A stretch of DNA of 64,000 bases, taken from Akkermansia muciniphila. Lineage in GTDB: Bacteria > Verrucomicrobiota > Verrucomicrobiia > Methylacidiphilales > Verrucolacustridaceae. Numbering within the stretch: the first letter of the stretch is position 1; each line of letters opens with the position of its first letter. The DNA is taken from the NCBI GenBank assembly GCA_945878585.1, contig CAMDXQ010000001.1, positions 11,597 to 75,596 on the forward strand, written 5' to 3'. The notes under the pieces were generated by a model that saw only the letters and a list, made by a program, of their open reading frames with translations, ran no database searches and was not told the DNA's origin. The translations under genes were made by a program, and so were the position numbers. Below, one piece after another: positions 1 through 9,322 of the stretch.

Positions 1-399
1 CACGTACTGAACGCCTCAAGCCACAACGCAGGGCAATTGTCTCCTCTGCAGTACTACTGGATGACCGGGACTCTTTCATCCTTTCTCGATAATGCCCCCA
101 CCTACTTAACTTTCCTCACCTTGGCACTCAACTTACACGAACCCGCTCTCCATCTTTTTCATCCGAGCGAGGTTGCCCAGTTTTCGATTGAAAATCCTGC
201 CAACCTGATTGCCATCTCCTTGGGAGCCGTCTTCTTCGGAGCTGCCACCTACATTGGAAACGGCCCGAATCTAATGATCAAATCGATCGCCGAATCCTCC
301 AAAATTCATATGCCCTCCTTTTTTGGATATATCGTACGCTTCACCCTCCCCATTTTGATTCCCATCCTAGGCTTAGCCGGATGGATCTTTATCCGCTGA
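1..399 (+). CDS. Putative sodium:proton antiporter / ion-transporter family membrane protein, C-terminal part (truncated by window start)
   Basis: Open frame from base 1; motifs TGTLSSFLDNAPTYL and GAVFFGAATYIGNGPN; hydrophobic helices. Confidence 0.8.
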   Translation, partial: HVLNASSHNAGQLSPLQYYWMTGTLSSFLDNAPTYLTFLTLALNLHEPALHLFHPSEVAQFSIENPANLIAISLGAVFFGAATYIGNGPNLMIKSIAESSKIHMPSFFGYIVRFTLPILIPILGLAGWIFIR

Positions 400-406
400 T
401 TCCCCT

Positions 407-1933
407 ATGCCCTTCCCTCGACAAGCCGGTATTCTTCTCCACCCGACCTCTCTGCCGGGTCGGTACGGCATCGGTGAAATCGGCCCCGAAGCTCATCGAT
501 GGCTGGCTCATCTCAATGCAATGTCACAAAAACTCTGGCAGGTACTCCCTATGGGGCCAACGGGTTATGCCGATTCCCCGTATCAAACGCTCTCCACCTT
601 TGCCGGGAATACAATGCTCATCTCGTTCGATTCCCTCAGGGAGGATTCGCTTTTGCGCGAGGAGGATCTCCAAGATTTTCCCACCTTCCCAGAAGAGCAT
701 GTGGAGTATGGTCCCGTTCTCCTCGCTCGTTCGAAAATCCTTCACAAGGTTGCCCAATCATTCGGGCGCCGCGCTTCTCCTGCCTTCAAGGCGGCTTGGA
801 TGCAGTTCTGTGAAGAGGAGTCAAAATGGCTGGAAGATTACACTCTCTTTGCCGCCTTAAAAAAGGAGCATGGCAGCAGCCCTTGGATTCATTGGCCCCA
901 ACCCCTTCGACGACGGGAACCTACGGCTCTCACCGCCGCCCGCAAAAAGCATTCGGCCGAGATCAAGCACTCCAAGATCCTACAGTTCCTCTTCTTTCGC
1001 CAGTGGAACTCCCTACGGGAGGACGCCCGCAAACGCGGAATCTCCCTCATCGGGGATATTCCCATCTTTGTCGCGCACGACAGTGCGGATGTCTGGTGTC
1101 ATCCCGAACTCTTCTTTTTGGATGCAAAAGGAAATCCCACGGTCATCGCAGGAGTCCCTCCCGACTATTTTAGTGCCACGGGTCAACGTTGGGGAAACCC
1201 CCTGTATCGCTGGGACATCCACGAAAAGGATGGATTTTCTTGGTGGATCGATCGGCTCCGTAGCACATTTCGGCTATACGACATCGTACGGATCGACCAC
1301 TTTCGCGGATTCGAATCCTACTGGGAGATTCCAGCTCAGGAGTCGACGGCGATACACGGGCGATGGATGAAGGGCCCAGGTCGAAAGCTTTTCGATGCGG
1401 CGCATCGAGCCTTGGGCCCCCTCCCCATTCTGGCCGAGGACCTTGGCGTGATCACTCCCGAGGTGGACGCCCTACGCGATGAACTCGGATTTCCGGGAAT
1501 GCGGATTCTTCAGTTCGCTTTTGGAGATGATCCCCAACCGGAATCCTTTCGGCCAGAAAGCTATCCCTCCAATTGCGCCGTCTACACTGGGACTCATGAT
1601 AATGACACGACCGTCGGTTGGTACCGCAGCGAACCAGGGAAAGATTCCACCCGAAACGCCGATCAAATTGCCCGGGAACAACACAATGTCAGGAGCTATC
1701 TCTCCTCGGATGGCTCCCAAATCCATTGGGATCTGATCCGTCTTGCCCTCCGCTCCCACGCAAATACAGCCATTTACCCTTTACAGGATGTTCTCGGACT
1801 CGGATCGACAGCAAGAATGAACATCCCCGGAAGGGAACAGGGAAACTGGTCGTGGCGTTTCCGGTGGGACCAGTTATCTCCCGATATCGAACAGCACCTC
1901 CATCGCATGACCTGGGAGGCTGGCCGGGCTTGA
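407..1933 (+). CDS. malQ: 4-alpha-glucanotransferase (amylomaltase, GH77)
   Basis: GILLHPTSLPG, RIDHFRGF, AEDLG and YTGTHDNDT motifs. Confidence 0.97.
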   Translation: MPFPRQAGILLHPTSLPGRYGIGEIGPEAHRWLAHLNAMSQKLWQVLPMGPTGYADSPYQTLSTFAGNTMLISFDSLREDSLLREEDLQDFPTFPEEHVEYGPVLLARSKILHKVAQSFGRRASPAFKAAWMQFCEEESKWLEDYTLFAALKKEHGSSPWIHWPQPLRRREPTALTAARKKHSAEIKHSKILQFLFFRQWNSLREDARKRGISLIGDIPIFVAHDSADVWCHPELFFLDAKGNPTVIAGVPPDYFSATGQRWGNPLYRWDIHEKDGFSWWIDRLRSTFRLYDIVRIDHFRGFESYWEIPAQESTAIHGRWMKGPGRKLFDAAHRALGPLPILAEDLGVITPEVDALRDELGFPGMRILQFAFGDDPQPESFRPESYPSNCAVYTGTHDNDTTVGWYRSEPGKDSTRNADQIAREQHNVRSYLSSDGSQIHWDLIRLALRSHANTAIYPLQDVLGLGSTARMNIPGREQGNWSWRFRWDQLSPDIEQHLHRMTWEAGRA

Positions 1934-1936
1934 TTT

Positions 1937-3448
1937 CTATTTAATCCAACTCGAATCCTGCACGATAAACTGCAGTTTCCCCTTATACAGGCCCAGCTCC
2001 CCAACCAGTTTCACCTGACTTCCCTTCGCCATGACTCGAATCGCATCTTTTAGATTTTTATCGTAGGAGTGAAGGGCATGCGGTTTTCCGCCTACTTCAA
2101 TTTCGAGGGGCCGGATTTTCGACAAGGTTCCCTCCACCACAAAAAACTCCCCCATCGCCCGAGCTAACTCCTCGGGCGTGGCATTCTGTAGAACAGTGGC
2201 ATTTCGTAGCTTGTTCCGATCCACCTTTTCATAGCCGACCTTGAGCGCTTCTTTTTGTGGCAACGAACTTTTTGCGACACTTTCAGATTCAGGTTTCGTT
2301 CCATCCGACAAACGGAACGTCGCAATCACTGGAAAATGGTCGCTCGCACCCCATCCCGGCCCGTAATTTGTCCATCGCCAAGGCAATCCAAGGGGTTCGC
2401 GAGCGTTGACTCCTGGGACGATGACCGCATGAAAACTCCCAGGCACATACTCAACACCCTGCCCATCCCCCAAACCTCGTGTGATCAGCATCTGCATAAG
2501 CGTGCCCCACTCGCCATTGTATTCATCCGAGTACCGCTGTTCTGGATTCACATCAAACCAGAGATTATATAAATCAGGCTTCCCCTCTCCACCCAGAACC
2601 TTGGCTTCCCCTTGGGAGCCCAACACATCTTGAATCGCGGTTTTTGTCATGAACGAGTACCGCTGCCCTTGGTTGTAATGAGAATTGAAATCCCCTCCTA
2701 GGATTACGTCCGCCCTAGGATTTTCCTGAAGAATCTGATCCAAGCGATCTCGAACCGTTTTAGCGTTACCTAGACGCGTATTTTCCATCGCCGGATTCCC
2801 TGCGCCACTTTTCCAATGATTCCCCATGATAGTGAAGGTTTTTTCACCTATTTGGAGTTGAGTCTCGAGAATCCCCCTAGCCGAAGGTGTCTCCCATGTC
2901 TTTTTCGATACAATCGGCAAACGGGTTAGGAGACCTGTGGTAATCGCATCTTGGTGCTTCTTCGCTCCTTCGGGGACATCCCCCACGATCACCGTGTAGC
3001 CCTTAAATCCCTCATCCTCCAATGCCTTGAGCAGCCAAGCCTCGGACGGCAATCCCCTTAGTTCGTCCGTCAATTCGCTGGAGAGCATCTTCTCGTAGGT
3101 TGTCCCTGCATACTTTTTTAAGAATTCCGTCATATCTACGACTTTCGATTCCGGGGTGTGATCAACTTCAATCTCATTCAAAATCACCACATCCGGGCCT
3201 TTCCCGCCATTTACACTCTTTAAAACCGTGGCGATTGTTTTCAGTTTTCTAGCGAGCTTGCCCGGTCCGTAGCTATTCGGATCATCAGGGGATTCTATAT
3301 AGTCATCGTAGGGAGCGACCCGATCCACATCGGATAAATTTTCCACATTATACGACATCACCGTAAATTCAGAGGGAGTCACCTCCGCCCTGAGCAACCC
3401 CACCACAAAAAGCATCAGCACGGAAAAGTGTCTAAAAAGTTTCTCCAT
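1937..3448 (-). CDS. Secreted endonuclease/exonuclease/phosphatase family protein
   Basis: Signal-peptide-like N-terminus; SYNVENL, NHWKS, GGDFNS and SDHFPV motifs. Confidence 0.85.
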   Translation of the reverse strand: MEKLFRHFSVLMLFVVGLLRAEVTPSEFTVMSYNVENLSDVDRVAPYDDYIESPDDPNSYGPGKLARKLKTIATVLKSVNGGKGPDVVILNEIEVDHTPESKVVDMTEFLKKYAGTTYEKMLSSELTDELRGLPSEAWLLKALEDEGFKGYTVIVGDVPEGAKKHQDAITTGLLTRLPIVSKKTWETPSARGILETQLQIGEKTFTIMGNHWKSGAGNPAMENTRLGNAKTVRDRLDQILQENPRADVILGGDFNSHYNQGQRYSFMTKTAIQDVLGSQGEAKVLGGEGKPDLYNLWFDVNPEQRYSDEYNGEWGTLMQMLITRGLGDGQGVEYVPGSFHAVIVPGVNAREPLGLPWRWTNYGPGWGASDHFPVIATFRLSDGTKPESESVAKSSLPQKEALKVGYEKVDRNKLRNATVLQNATPEELARAMGEFFVVEGTLSKIRPLEIEVGGKPHALHSYDKNLKDAIRVMAKGSQVKLVGELGLYKGKLQFIVQDSSWIK

Positions 3449-3498
3449 TACTTCTCAATAGCAATTCCCCGCCAATTTCCCACTCTTTCTCCGACATC

Positions 3499-3526
3499 TT
3501 GACGGCCACCTCTTTCCCGATAAAAT
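3499..3526 (+). promoter_or_regulatory. Putative sigma70 promoter for the WG-BamD/lptE operon
   Basis: TTGACG-16nt-TAAAAT, 9 nt before GTG 3536. Confidence 0.55.
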
Positions 3527-3535
3527 ATTGATCCT

Positions 3536-5662
3536 GTGATAGTTAGAAAAGAGGTAACCCGTTGCCTGTCAATCGCCTTGGTTCTCTTTTTCTGCCCATG
3601 GGTCTCGCTTCTCCACTCTCAGTCTGATACCGGCGTTGATCTGCTCCCAAAAAAAACCTGGTTTGGCCGTTACGGCTATGTGAACCGCTTGGGTAAGTAT
3701 GTTCTGGAGCCTCAGTATGAAGAAGCCCTGCCATTTTCTGATTTTCTTGCAGCAGTCAAAAAAGATGGCAAGTGGGGGTTTATCAATGGCGAAGGCAAGT
3801 TCGTTATCGAACCCAGATTCGAAAACGCATTCCTTTTTAGCGATGGCGCTGCGGCGGTTGAAGAAAATGAAAAATGGGGGTTCATTAATCGCTCTGGGAA
3901 ATATCTCGTTCAACCCAAATATGAGAGCGCAGGAATTTTTCGACAGGGTCTGGCCGCCGTCCGTTGGGAAGGCAAATGGGGATTCATCAGTAAAGACGGT
4001 GAAATGGTCGTCCCCCCAAAATTCGATCAGGTTTACTTTTTCTCGGAAGACCGTTCAGGAGCCCAAGTCAACGGCCTGTGGGGGTACATCGATAGGACAG
4101 GTACATTCACTGTACCCCCAAAATATGCGGAGGCCCTCCCCTTCTCTCAAGGTCTCGCAGCTGTCAATGTGGGAGGTCATCGGGAGGACAATGAATTCAC
4201 TGGCGGAGTCTGGAATTTCGTAGATCCCCAAGGAAAAGTCATCATCGATCAAGCCCTCATCTCTGCCGCTTTGCCGGAAAAAGGAGCACCCTCCCGTGTC
4301 GGTACCGACGGACGTCAAGACACCACCGCAAAAATCGAAGCTGTGGAAAACGGATTTCGTGATGGCAAAGCCCGGGTACGAATCGGATCCAGACTCCTCA
4401 ACGGAGACTCCCAAGGCCCCTCCTGGGGTTATATCGATCTCAAGGGAAACTGGCTGGCGGAAGGAAATGCGAAAATTCCACTCAACTTCACGAACTATAC
4501 CCCAGGGGAAGGATTTACTTTTGAATCCGATATTTTAGGAAATCGCGGCACCGCCAGCGATGTGCTGCAAACCGCCAAAAATGCCGAGACCATCGGCAAA
4601 GCCTACGAACAGGTTGAACAGATCGAGCGTGATGCGGATGAACAGTTTGCGTCCGCCGACCGAATGACCGAACTGGGAGACAAAGAAGCTGCCGCGGCTG
4701 CCCGACAACTAGGCAAAGAAAAACAGGAGGAAGCAAAGCGTCTTCGCGACGAAACCGATCGGCGCGGGGGTGAAGCCAACGCCAACTCAATCAAATATTT
4801 CGACCAAGCTCTCAAGATTTATCAAGACTTCGTAAAAGAAAATCCGGACGACCTCCGCCGAGCAGAGGCCCAGTACAAGGTTGGTGAAATGTACGAACAC
4901 CTGGCCAAGTATTGGGACGCCTACAAGGCCTACAAGAAGATGGTGGAGGAGACTGCCTCCAACCAGTACTGGGACCTTGCGATCGAACGGATGTTTGCGA
5001 TCGGGAACGTTTATCTGGCAGGCCAGCACCAGATGATGTGGAAGATCCCTATGCCCGCGGACATGAACAAAGTAGTGGAGATTTACCAGACGATCATCAA
5101 AGCCGCTCCCTTTGGATCGTACGCCCCCCTCGCAACCTTTTCCTGCGGTCTCGCCCGAGAAAAACAAAAGAAATGGCCTGAAGCCGTGAAATTCTATGAA
5201 GAGATTCTCGACAAATACCCAAAGAACGACCTGATCGATGATGCTCAGTATCAGATCGGTTATGTTTGGACGAAAGCGGCTCGGCAACCTGAGTATGATC
5301 AAACTGCCGCGCAAAAAGGAATTGAAGCTTTTCAGGACTATCTCGCCCGCTTCAAACGAAGCGACAAGACCGAACAGGCCACAGAAAACATCGCCATGCT
5401 TCAACAGCGCCTGAGTGGCGGTTCTCTTTCGGTCGCAAGATTCTATGACAAGGCAGGCAACTATCCCGCAGCTTTGGTGTATTACAATGAGGTCCTGACC
5501 CAAACCCCGGACTCCCCCCAAGGACAAGAAGCCCGACAAAGGAAAAGAGTCTTGGAAGATCTAATCTCCGAAACGAAGCAGCAGACCACTCCTGCGGATA
5601 AATCGAAGGTCAGTTTTAGATCGAATCCTCAAGCCCAACCGCGTAACTTACAAAATCCATGA
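3536..5662 (+). CDS. WG-repeat protein fused to a BamD-like TPR outer-membrane assembly domain
   Basis: 5-7 ~34-aa KWGFI/WGYID repeats, then TPRs with BamD-like segments (YDQTAAQKGIEAFQDYL, VARFYDKAGNYPAALVYY); next gene is lptE-like. Confidence 0.8.
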   Translation: MIVRKEVTRCLSIALVLFFCPWVSLLHSQSDTGVDLLPKKTWFGRYGYVNRLGKYVLEPQYEEALPFSDFLAAVKKDGKWGFINGEGKFVIEPRFENAFLFSDGAAAVEENEKWGFINRSGKYLVQPKYESAGIFRQGLAAVRWEGKWGFISKDGEMVVPPKFDQVYFFSEDRSGAQVNGLWGYIDRTGTFTVPPKYAEALPFSQGLAAVNVGGHREDNEFTGGVWNFVDPQGKVIIDQALISAALPEKGAPSRVGTDGRQDTTAKIEAVENGFRDGKARVRIGSRLLNGDSQGPSWGYIDLKGNWLAEGNAKIPLNFTNYTPGEGFTFESDILGNRGTASDVLQTAKNAETIGKAYEQVEQIERDADEQFASADRMTELGDKEAAAAARQLGKEKQEEAKRLRDETDRRGGEANANSIKYFDQALKIYQDFVKENPDDLRRAEAQYKVGEMYEHLAKYWDAYKAYKKMVEETASNQYWDLAIERMFAIGNVYLAGQHQMMWKIPMPADMNKVVEIYQTIIKAAPFGSYAPLATFSCGLAREKQKKWPEAVKFYEEILDKYPKNDLIDDAQYQIGYVWTKAARQPEYDQTAAQKGIEAFQDYLARFKRSDKTEQATENIAMLQQRLSGGSLSVARFYDKAGNYPAALVYYNEVLTQTPDSPQGQEARQRKRVLEDLISETKQQTTPADKSKVSFRSNPQAQPRNLQNP

Positions 5663-6171
5663 AGTGGCTCCTCCCCGCCTTCCTGACATTGGCTTTGGCT
5701 TCCTGCGCCAACTACCAAATGGGTAGCACCCCAAAGAAAAAAGATCTCCAAGACGTTCGCGTTCTCTATGTCCCCACGGCCCAAAACGAAACAGACGAAA
5801 CAGATCTTCCAGGTATTATGACAAATGCCATTCTTCAAGAGCTCGATCGCGATGGGACCTTTCGACACGCCCGCAAAGATGAAAGCGATGCCATCTTAGA
5901 GGTAACGATCAAAAAGGTGGAACGTTCGGCCATACGTCAGTCCACCGAACAGTTCCTTACCACACTGCAGTTTCAACTCCTCGTGACCGTTCAGTACCGC
6001 CTTTACAATATGAAAGAAAAGAAAGACGTTATTCCGCACTCCACTGTCATCGGCACGACAACATTCTTCGTCCAAGGAGATCAAACAGAATCCCAGCGCC
6101 AAGCCTATCCCTTAGCCGCGATCAGTGCCGCCCAAGCAATGGTGAGTTCGATCTCAAATAGCGGCTGGTAA
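5659..6171 (+). CDS. lptE: LPS assembly lipoprotein, LptE family
   Basis: Lipobox LASC followed by ANYQMG; 170 aa; ADAILEVTI-type strand; ATGA overlap with upstream gene. Confidence 0.75.
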   Translation: MKWLLPAFLTLALASCANYQMGSTPKKKDLQDVRVLYVPTAQNETDETDLPGIMTNAILQELDRDGTFRHARKDESDAILEVTIKKVERSAIRQSTEQFLTTLQFQLLVTVQYRLYNMKEKKDVIPHSTVIGTTTFFVQGDQTESQRQAYPLAAISAAQAMVSSISNSGW

Positions 6172-6220
6172 ATCCTAAAATCCTTGCCCTGTTGGGGTAC
6201 AGAATATTCCCGGCTCGATC

Positions 6221-7033
6221 TTATTTAGGGTCCATCCCCTCTCGTACATCCTTTAGAATTAAATCCGCCGCGTCGACTCGGATCAGCCCAATTCTCGGAT
6301 ACTCAATATCCAGAATCACGTAACAGGTTAGAGAAATGGTAACAATAAAAAGGGCCACATGAAGCCAGCTCCGTTTCTCCAAGCTCGCCATCTGGTATCC
6401 CACAAGCACTGCGGTGATCAAAGACATGACCATCAGCATTGCAAAAATGATCAACGGAGGGTGAAACTGCATCGTGGCGGTCCGCGTATTGGTGATGTCA
6501 ATCATCGCGTTGAGGGCGGGGATCAACTGCATTCCCGCAAGAGTATTAGGAGATTTGGCCACTCCGGTGGTCGCTTGTCGCCAGATTTCAGACTGAAGAT
6601 CTTGCGTGTGCTGGTACTCCGCAACGACCGCCTTCATGTCAGGGATCAAACGATACGTTCGAATACGTGAATCGACATAATCCCGAAAAAGTCGCTGTAA
6701 CGATTGACGCTCCTTCTCAGGAAGAAGGTCAAGGCGCAGATAGGCCGTTCCAATGTCATTGGCTTCCTCGACGATCAACTTCCGTCGATCATCAAAGCGA
6801 TTCAGGGCGGACGAAAAAGTGAAGGCAATCAGCAGTCCAAATAAGGCAAAAATCGGGCCGTCGATCACCCCAAGGGTCTCCTGAACCAATCCTTTCCCGC
6901 TTTTTAAATGACTCCTCCCCATCCAAGAGCCCAACTCAAAGAGGAGATACATTCCCACTGCCAAGGCCAAGATCAGCGGCAGGGAGAGGGCAAAAAGTGC
7001 CAACGGTGCCTGATTGAAAACAGTCAACGCCAT
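6221..7033 (-). CDS. DUF4239 / bestrophin-like membrane protein
   Basis: LFGLLIAFTFS...RFDDRRKLIVEEANDIGTAYLR and ILDIEYPRIGLIRV motifs; 4 TM segments. Confidence 0.75.
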   Translation of the reverse strand: MALTVFNQAPLALFALSLPLILALAVGMYLLFELGSWMGRSHLKSGKGLVQETLGVIDGPIFALFGLLIAFTFSSALNRFDDRRKLIVEEANDIGTAYLRLDLLPEKERQSLQRLFRDYVDSRIRTYRLIPDMKAVVAEYQHTQDLQSEIWRQATTGVAKSPNTLAGMQLIPALNAMIDITNTRTATMQFHPPLIIFAMLMVMSLITAVLVGYQMASLEKRSWLHVALFIVTISLTCYVILDIEYPRIGLIRVDAADLILKDVREGMDPK

Positions 7034-7114
7034 GGGATTGTTCTACTTGGGGAAAGATTTCTGGATGTCATGGCTTAAGCTTTGAAGAAAGACTCTCTTG
7101 AGTCAAATTCCGTA

Positions 7115-8218
7115 CTACCAATTTTCCACCGGCCCCTTGGGTACTGGAATTTCACTCCTCTCCAAAGGCCCGTCTCCAGCAAAGACAGCTTCCAGCTTCG
7201 AAGGAGCAAATTTCTCAAGTAACTCCCCTTTTTCGTCCAAAAACTGCTTTCGCCAAACCCGATACTCTCCCAACGCTTTCTCATAGTCCGCCCGTTTCGA
7301 AATACGAACTGCGGCCTTCTTGAACTCGCTCGAAGGGCCGAACCTGCGCGCATACCAAGGAATCACCTTTCGAAAGAGAACACAGCCCCTCTCTTCCCCA
7401 AAGAAATCAATATTCCGATCAAGATGCCGGTTCATCACCCTTACCCTTTCTTCAAAATCCGGTTCTGCCATCAATTTCCCCGTCTCCAAATAGTGAGCGG
7501 TCGCCCGAAAGATCCAAGGATTCAAGAAAGCTCCCCGACCCACACTCACCCCCGCACAACCCGTTTCCTCCATCATCCGTTTTGCTCCCTCCGGAGTAGT
7601 CACGTCCCCATTTCCGATCACCGGGACTTTGACTGAAGCAACAACTGCCGCTATCCCCTCCAGACTCACCCTGCCTGAAAATCCCTGCTGCCTTGTACGA
7701 CCATGCACAAAAATGGCTGAAACTCCCGCCTCCTCCAAAGCCTTGGCCAAATCTGGAGCCGTCAGATTCTTCTCATCCCACCCCAGACGCATCTTCGCCG
7801 TAATGGGGATTTTAACAGCATCTACCATCCCTTTCACCAAGTTTGCCGTCTTGCCAAGCTCCGTCATCATCGCCGAACCCCCTCCGACCTTGCACACCTT
7901 TCGCACAGGACAGCCCATATTGATGTCGACCGAGTTCGCTCCAAAATCCTCACACTTTTTTGACGCATCCCGCATCTCCGAAGGCACCGCTCCAAACAAC
8001 TGCACTGCCCAAGGCCGATCGTCAGGCGATGTCGCCACCAACTCCAGGGCCCGACGATTATTTTCCAGAAGCGAACGGGCATTCACAAGATCCGTTGTTG
8101 CCAGCCCACAACCTCCGATCTCACGGACCGTCCTTCGAAAGGGAAGATTCGTATACCCTGCCAACGGGGAGAGGCACAAATTTGTCCCTAATTCCAAATA
8201 GCCAATTTTAAGTTTCAC
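7115..8218 (-). CDS. dusB: tRNA-dihydrouridine synthase B
   Basis: LSPLAGYT, DINMGCPV, HGRTR, GNGDV; start placed at GTG 8218 (GTGA overlap with SDR stop). Confidence 0.92.
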   Translation of the reverse strand: MKLKIGYLELGTNLCLSPLAGYTNLPFRRTVREIGGCGLATTDLVNARSLLENNRRALELVATSPDDRPWAVQLFGAVPSEMRDASKKCEDFGANSVDINMGCPVRKVCKVGGGSAMMTELGKTANLVKGMVDAVKIPITAKMRLGWDEKNLTAPDLAKALEEAGVSAIFVHGRTRQQGFSGRVSLEGIAAVVASVKVPVIGNGDVTTPEGAKRMMEETGCAGVSVGRGAFLNPWIFRATAHYLETGKLMAEPDFEERVRVMNRHLDRNIDFFGEERGCVLFRKVIPWYARRFGPSSEFKKAAVRISKRADYEKALGEYRVWRKQFLDEKGELLEKFAPSKLEAVFAGDGPLERSEIPVPKGPVENW

Positions 8219-9063
8219 GGTTTTGCCCCACTTACGCTCCAAAGACGTTCCGCATCGGCCACGCTTCGGGCCGCCAAAGAAGGAACGATCTGACGGCGCT
8301 TGGCATAATACCCACCCTGTACTGGTCTTTCTTCCCGTGAAGCCAGCCAAACCGCTGTGTCCGCTCCTTGCTCATTGGTTCGACCGAAAATCCGTTTCAG
8401 CCATAAAAACGCCAATCCTCCCATGCCCCGGTTGTCATCCCCTAGGGATGAATTCACCAATCCAGGGTGCATTGCACAAATCCTCACCTTGGAATCCCCA
8501 AGACGCCTCCCCTGTTCGGAGACATAAAGAATATTCGTAAGTTTTGTAAGGCAATAGGCTCTCCATCCATCCCACTGGTTCTCCCCCTGCAAATTATCCC
8601 AACGAACCCCGCCCCATCGGTGCGCTTCGGAAGCTGTACAGATCACTCTTGGATCATCCGCTTTTTCAAGCAACGGTAAAAGAGATTGAGTCAGGCGGAC
8701 GTAAGCCAGATGGTTGATCGCCCAAGTTCGCTCATAACCCTCCGGTGTTACCTTTCGTTCGGTATAGTATGCCCCTGCATTGTTCCAAAGCACATCCAGC
8801 TTCGGTTCCGACAAAATCAGCCTCTTCCCGAACTCGGTAACCTGCTCTTGAGAAGATAAGTCGACAACAAAGGTTCTGACTTCGGGAGATCCAGCTGCAC
8901 GCGAGAGCCTCGCCACCTCCTCAAGCCGACCTCGATGGCGACCCAGTAAAAGCAACCCCGCCCCCAAGGATGCCAACTGGAGTGCTCCTGCTCGACCGAT
9001 CCCACGAGTGGCCCCAGTAATGAGAACCACCTTGCCTTTCATAGACGGGAGCCTTGAATCCAT
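8215..9063 (-). CDS. Short-chain dehydrogenase/reductase (retinol-dehydrogenase-like)
   Basis: TGATRGIG, NNAG, YCLTK catalytic motif, HPG. Confidence 0.92.
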   Translation of the reverse strand: MDSRLPSMKGKVVLITGATRGIGRAGALQLASLGAGLLLLGRHRGRLEEVARLSRAAGSPEVRTFVVDLSSQEQVTEFGKRLILSEPKLDVLWNNAGAYYTERKVTPEGYERTWAINHLAYVRLTQSLLPLLEKADDPRVICTASEAHRWGGVRWDNLQGENQWDGWRAYCLTKLTNILYVSEQGRRLGDSKVRICAMHPGLVNSSLGDDNRGMGGLAFLWLKRIFGRTNEQGADTAVWLASREERPVQGGYYAKRRQIVPSLAARSVADAERLWSVSGAKP

Positions 9064-9164
9064 TTCAATTCTTATAGGGAGAATCTGCCACTTGGGGAGG
9101 ACTGGGTTTGTCGCACAACTACCCCATCCTGATTACGCATCCGGCGGAGATAGATTTTGTTTTA

Positions 9165-9237
9165 TGGAGCCATGGGGATTCGAACCCCAGACCTCCTCAA
9201 TGCCATTGAGGCGCTCTACCAACTGAGCTATGACCCC
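9165..9237 (-). tRNA. tRNA-Ala(GGC), CCA not encoded
   Basis: GGGGTCATAGCTCAGTTGGTAGAGCG-CCTCA-ATGGCAT-TGAGG-AGGTC-TGGGGTTCGAATCCCCA-TGGCTCCA cloverleaf with G3:U70. Confidence 0.97.
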
Positions 9238-9250
9238 GAAAGAAAACAAA

Positions 9251-9316
9251 ACCGTATCGCAAAACAGTCTTACCGCCAAGGCAAACCCTTGGCTTGCGGA
9301 ATTCATTCTCCATGAT
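9251..9316. promoter_or_regulatory. Back-to-back putative sigma70 promoters (tRNA-Ala on minus, LysM gene on plus)
   Basis: Minus: TTGGCG(9279-9274)-17-TACGGT; plus: TTGGCT(9289-9294)-16-CATGAT. Confidence 0.5.
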
Positions 9317-9322
9317 CATTCT

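Noticed and set aside
3660-4460. Periodic TGGGG(G/A)TT motifs about 102 bp apart as a possible CRISPR or DNA repeat
   Set aside because: They are coding WG protein repeats with synonymous divergence; no cas genes
8219-8350. Upstream-extended starts in the ORF track (dusB; likewise map, rpmC, rplX, carA, mrp, parB, yggS, LysM)
   Set aside because: Most extensions overlap neighbouring genes or promoters and precede the family N-terminus; downstream starts were used
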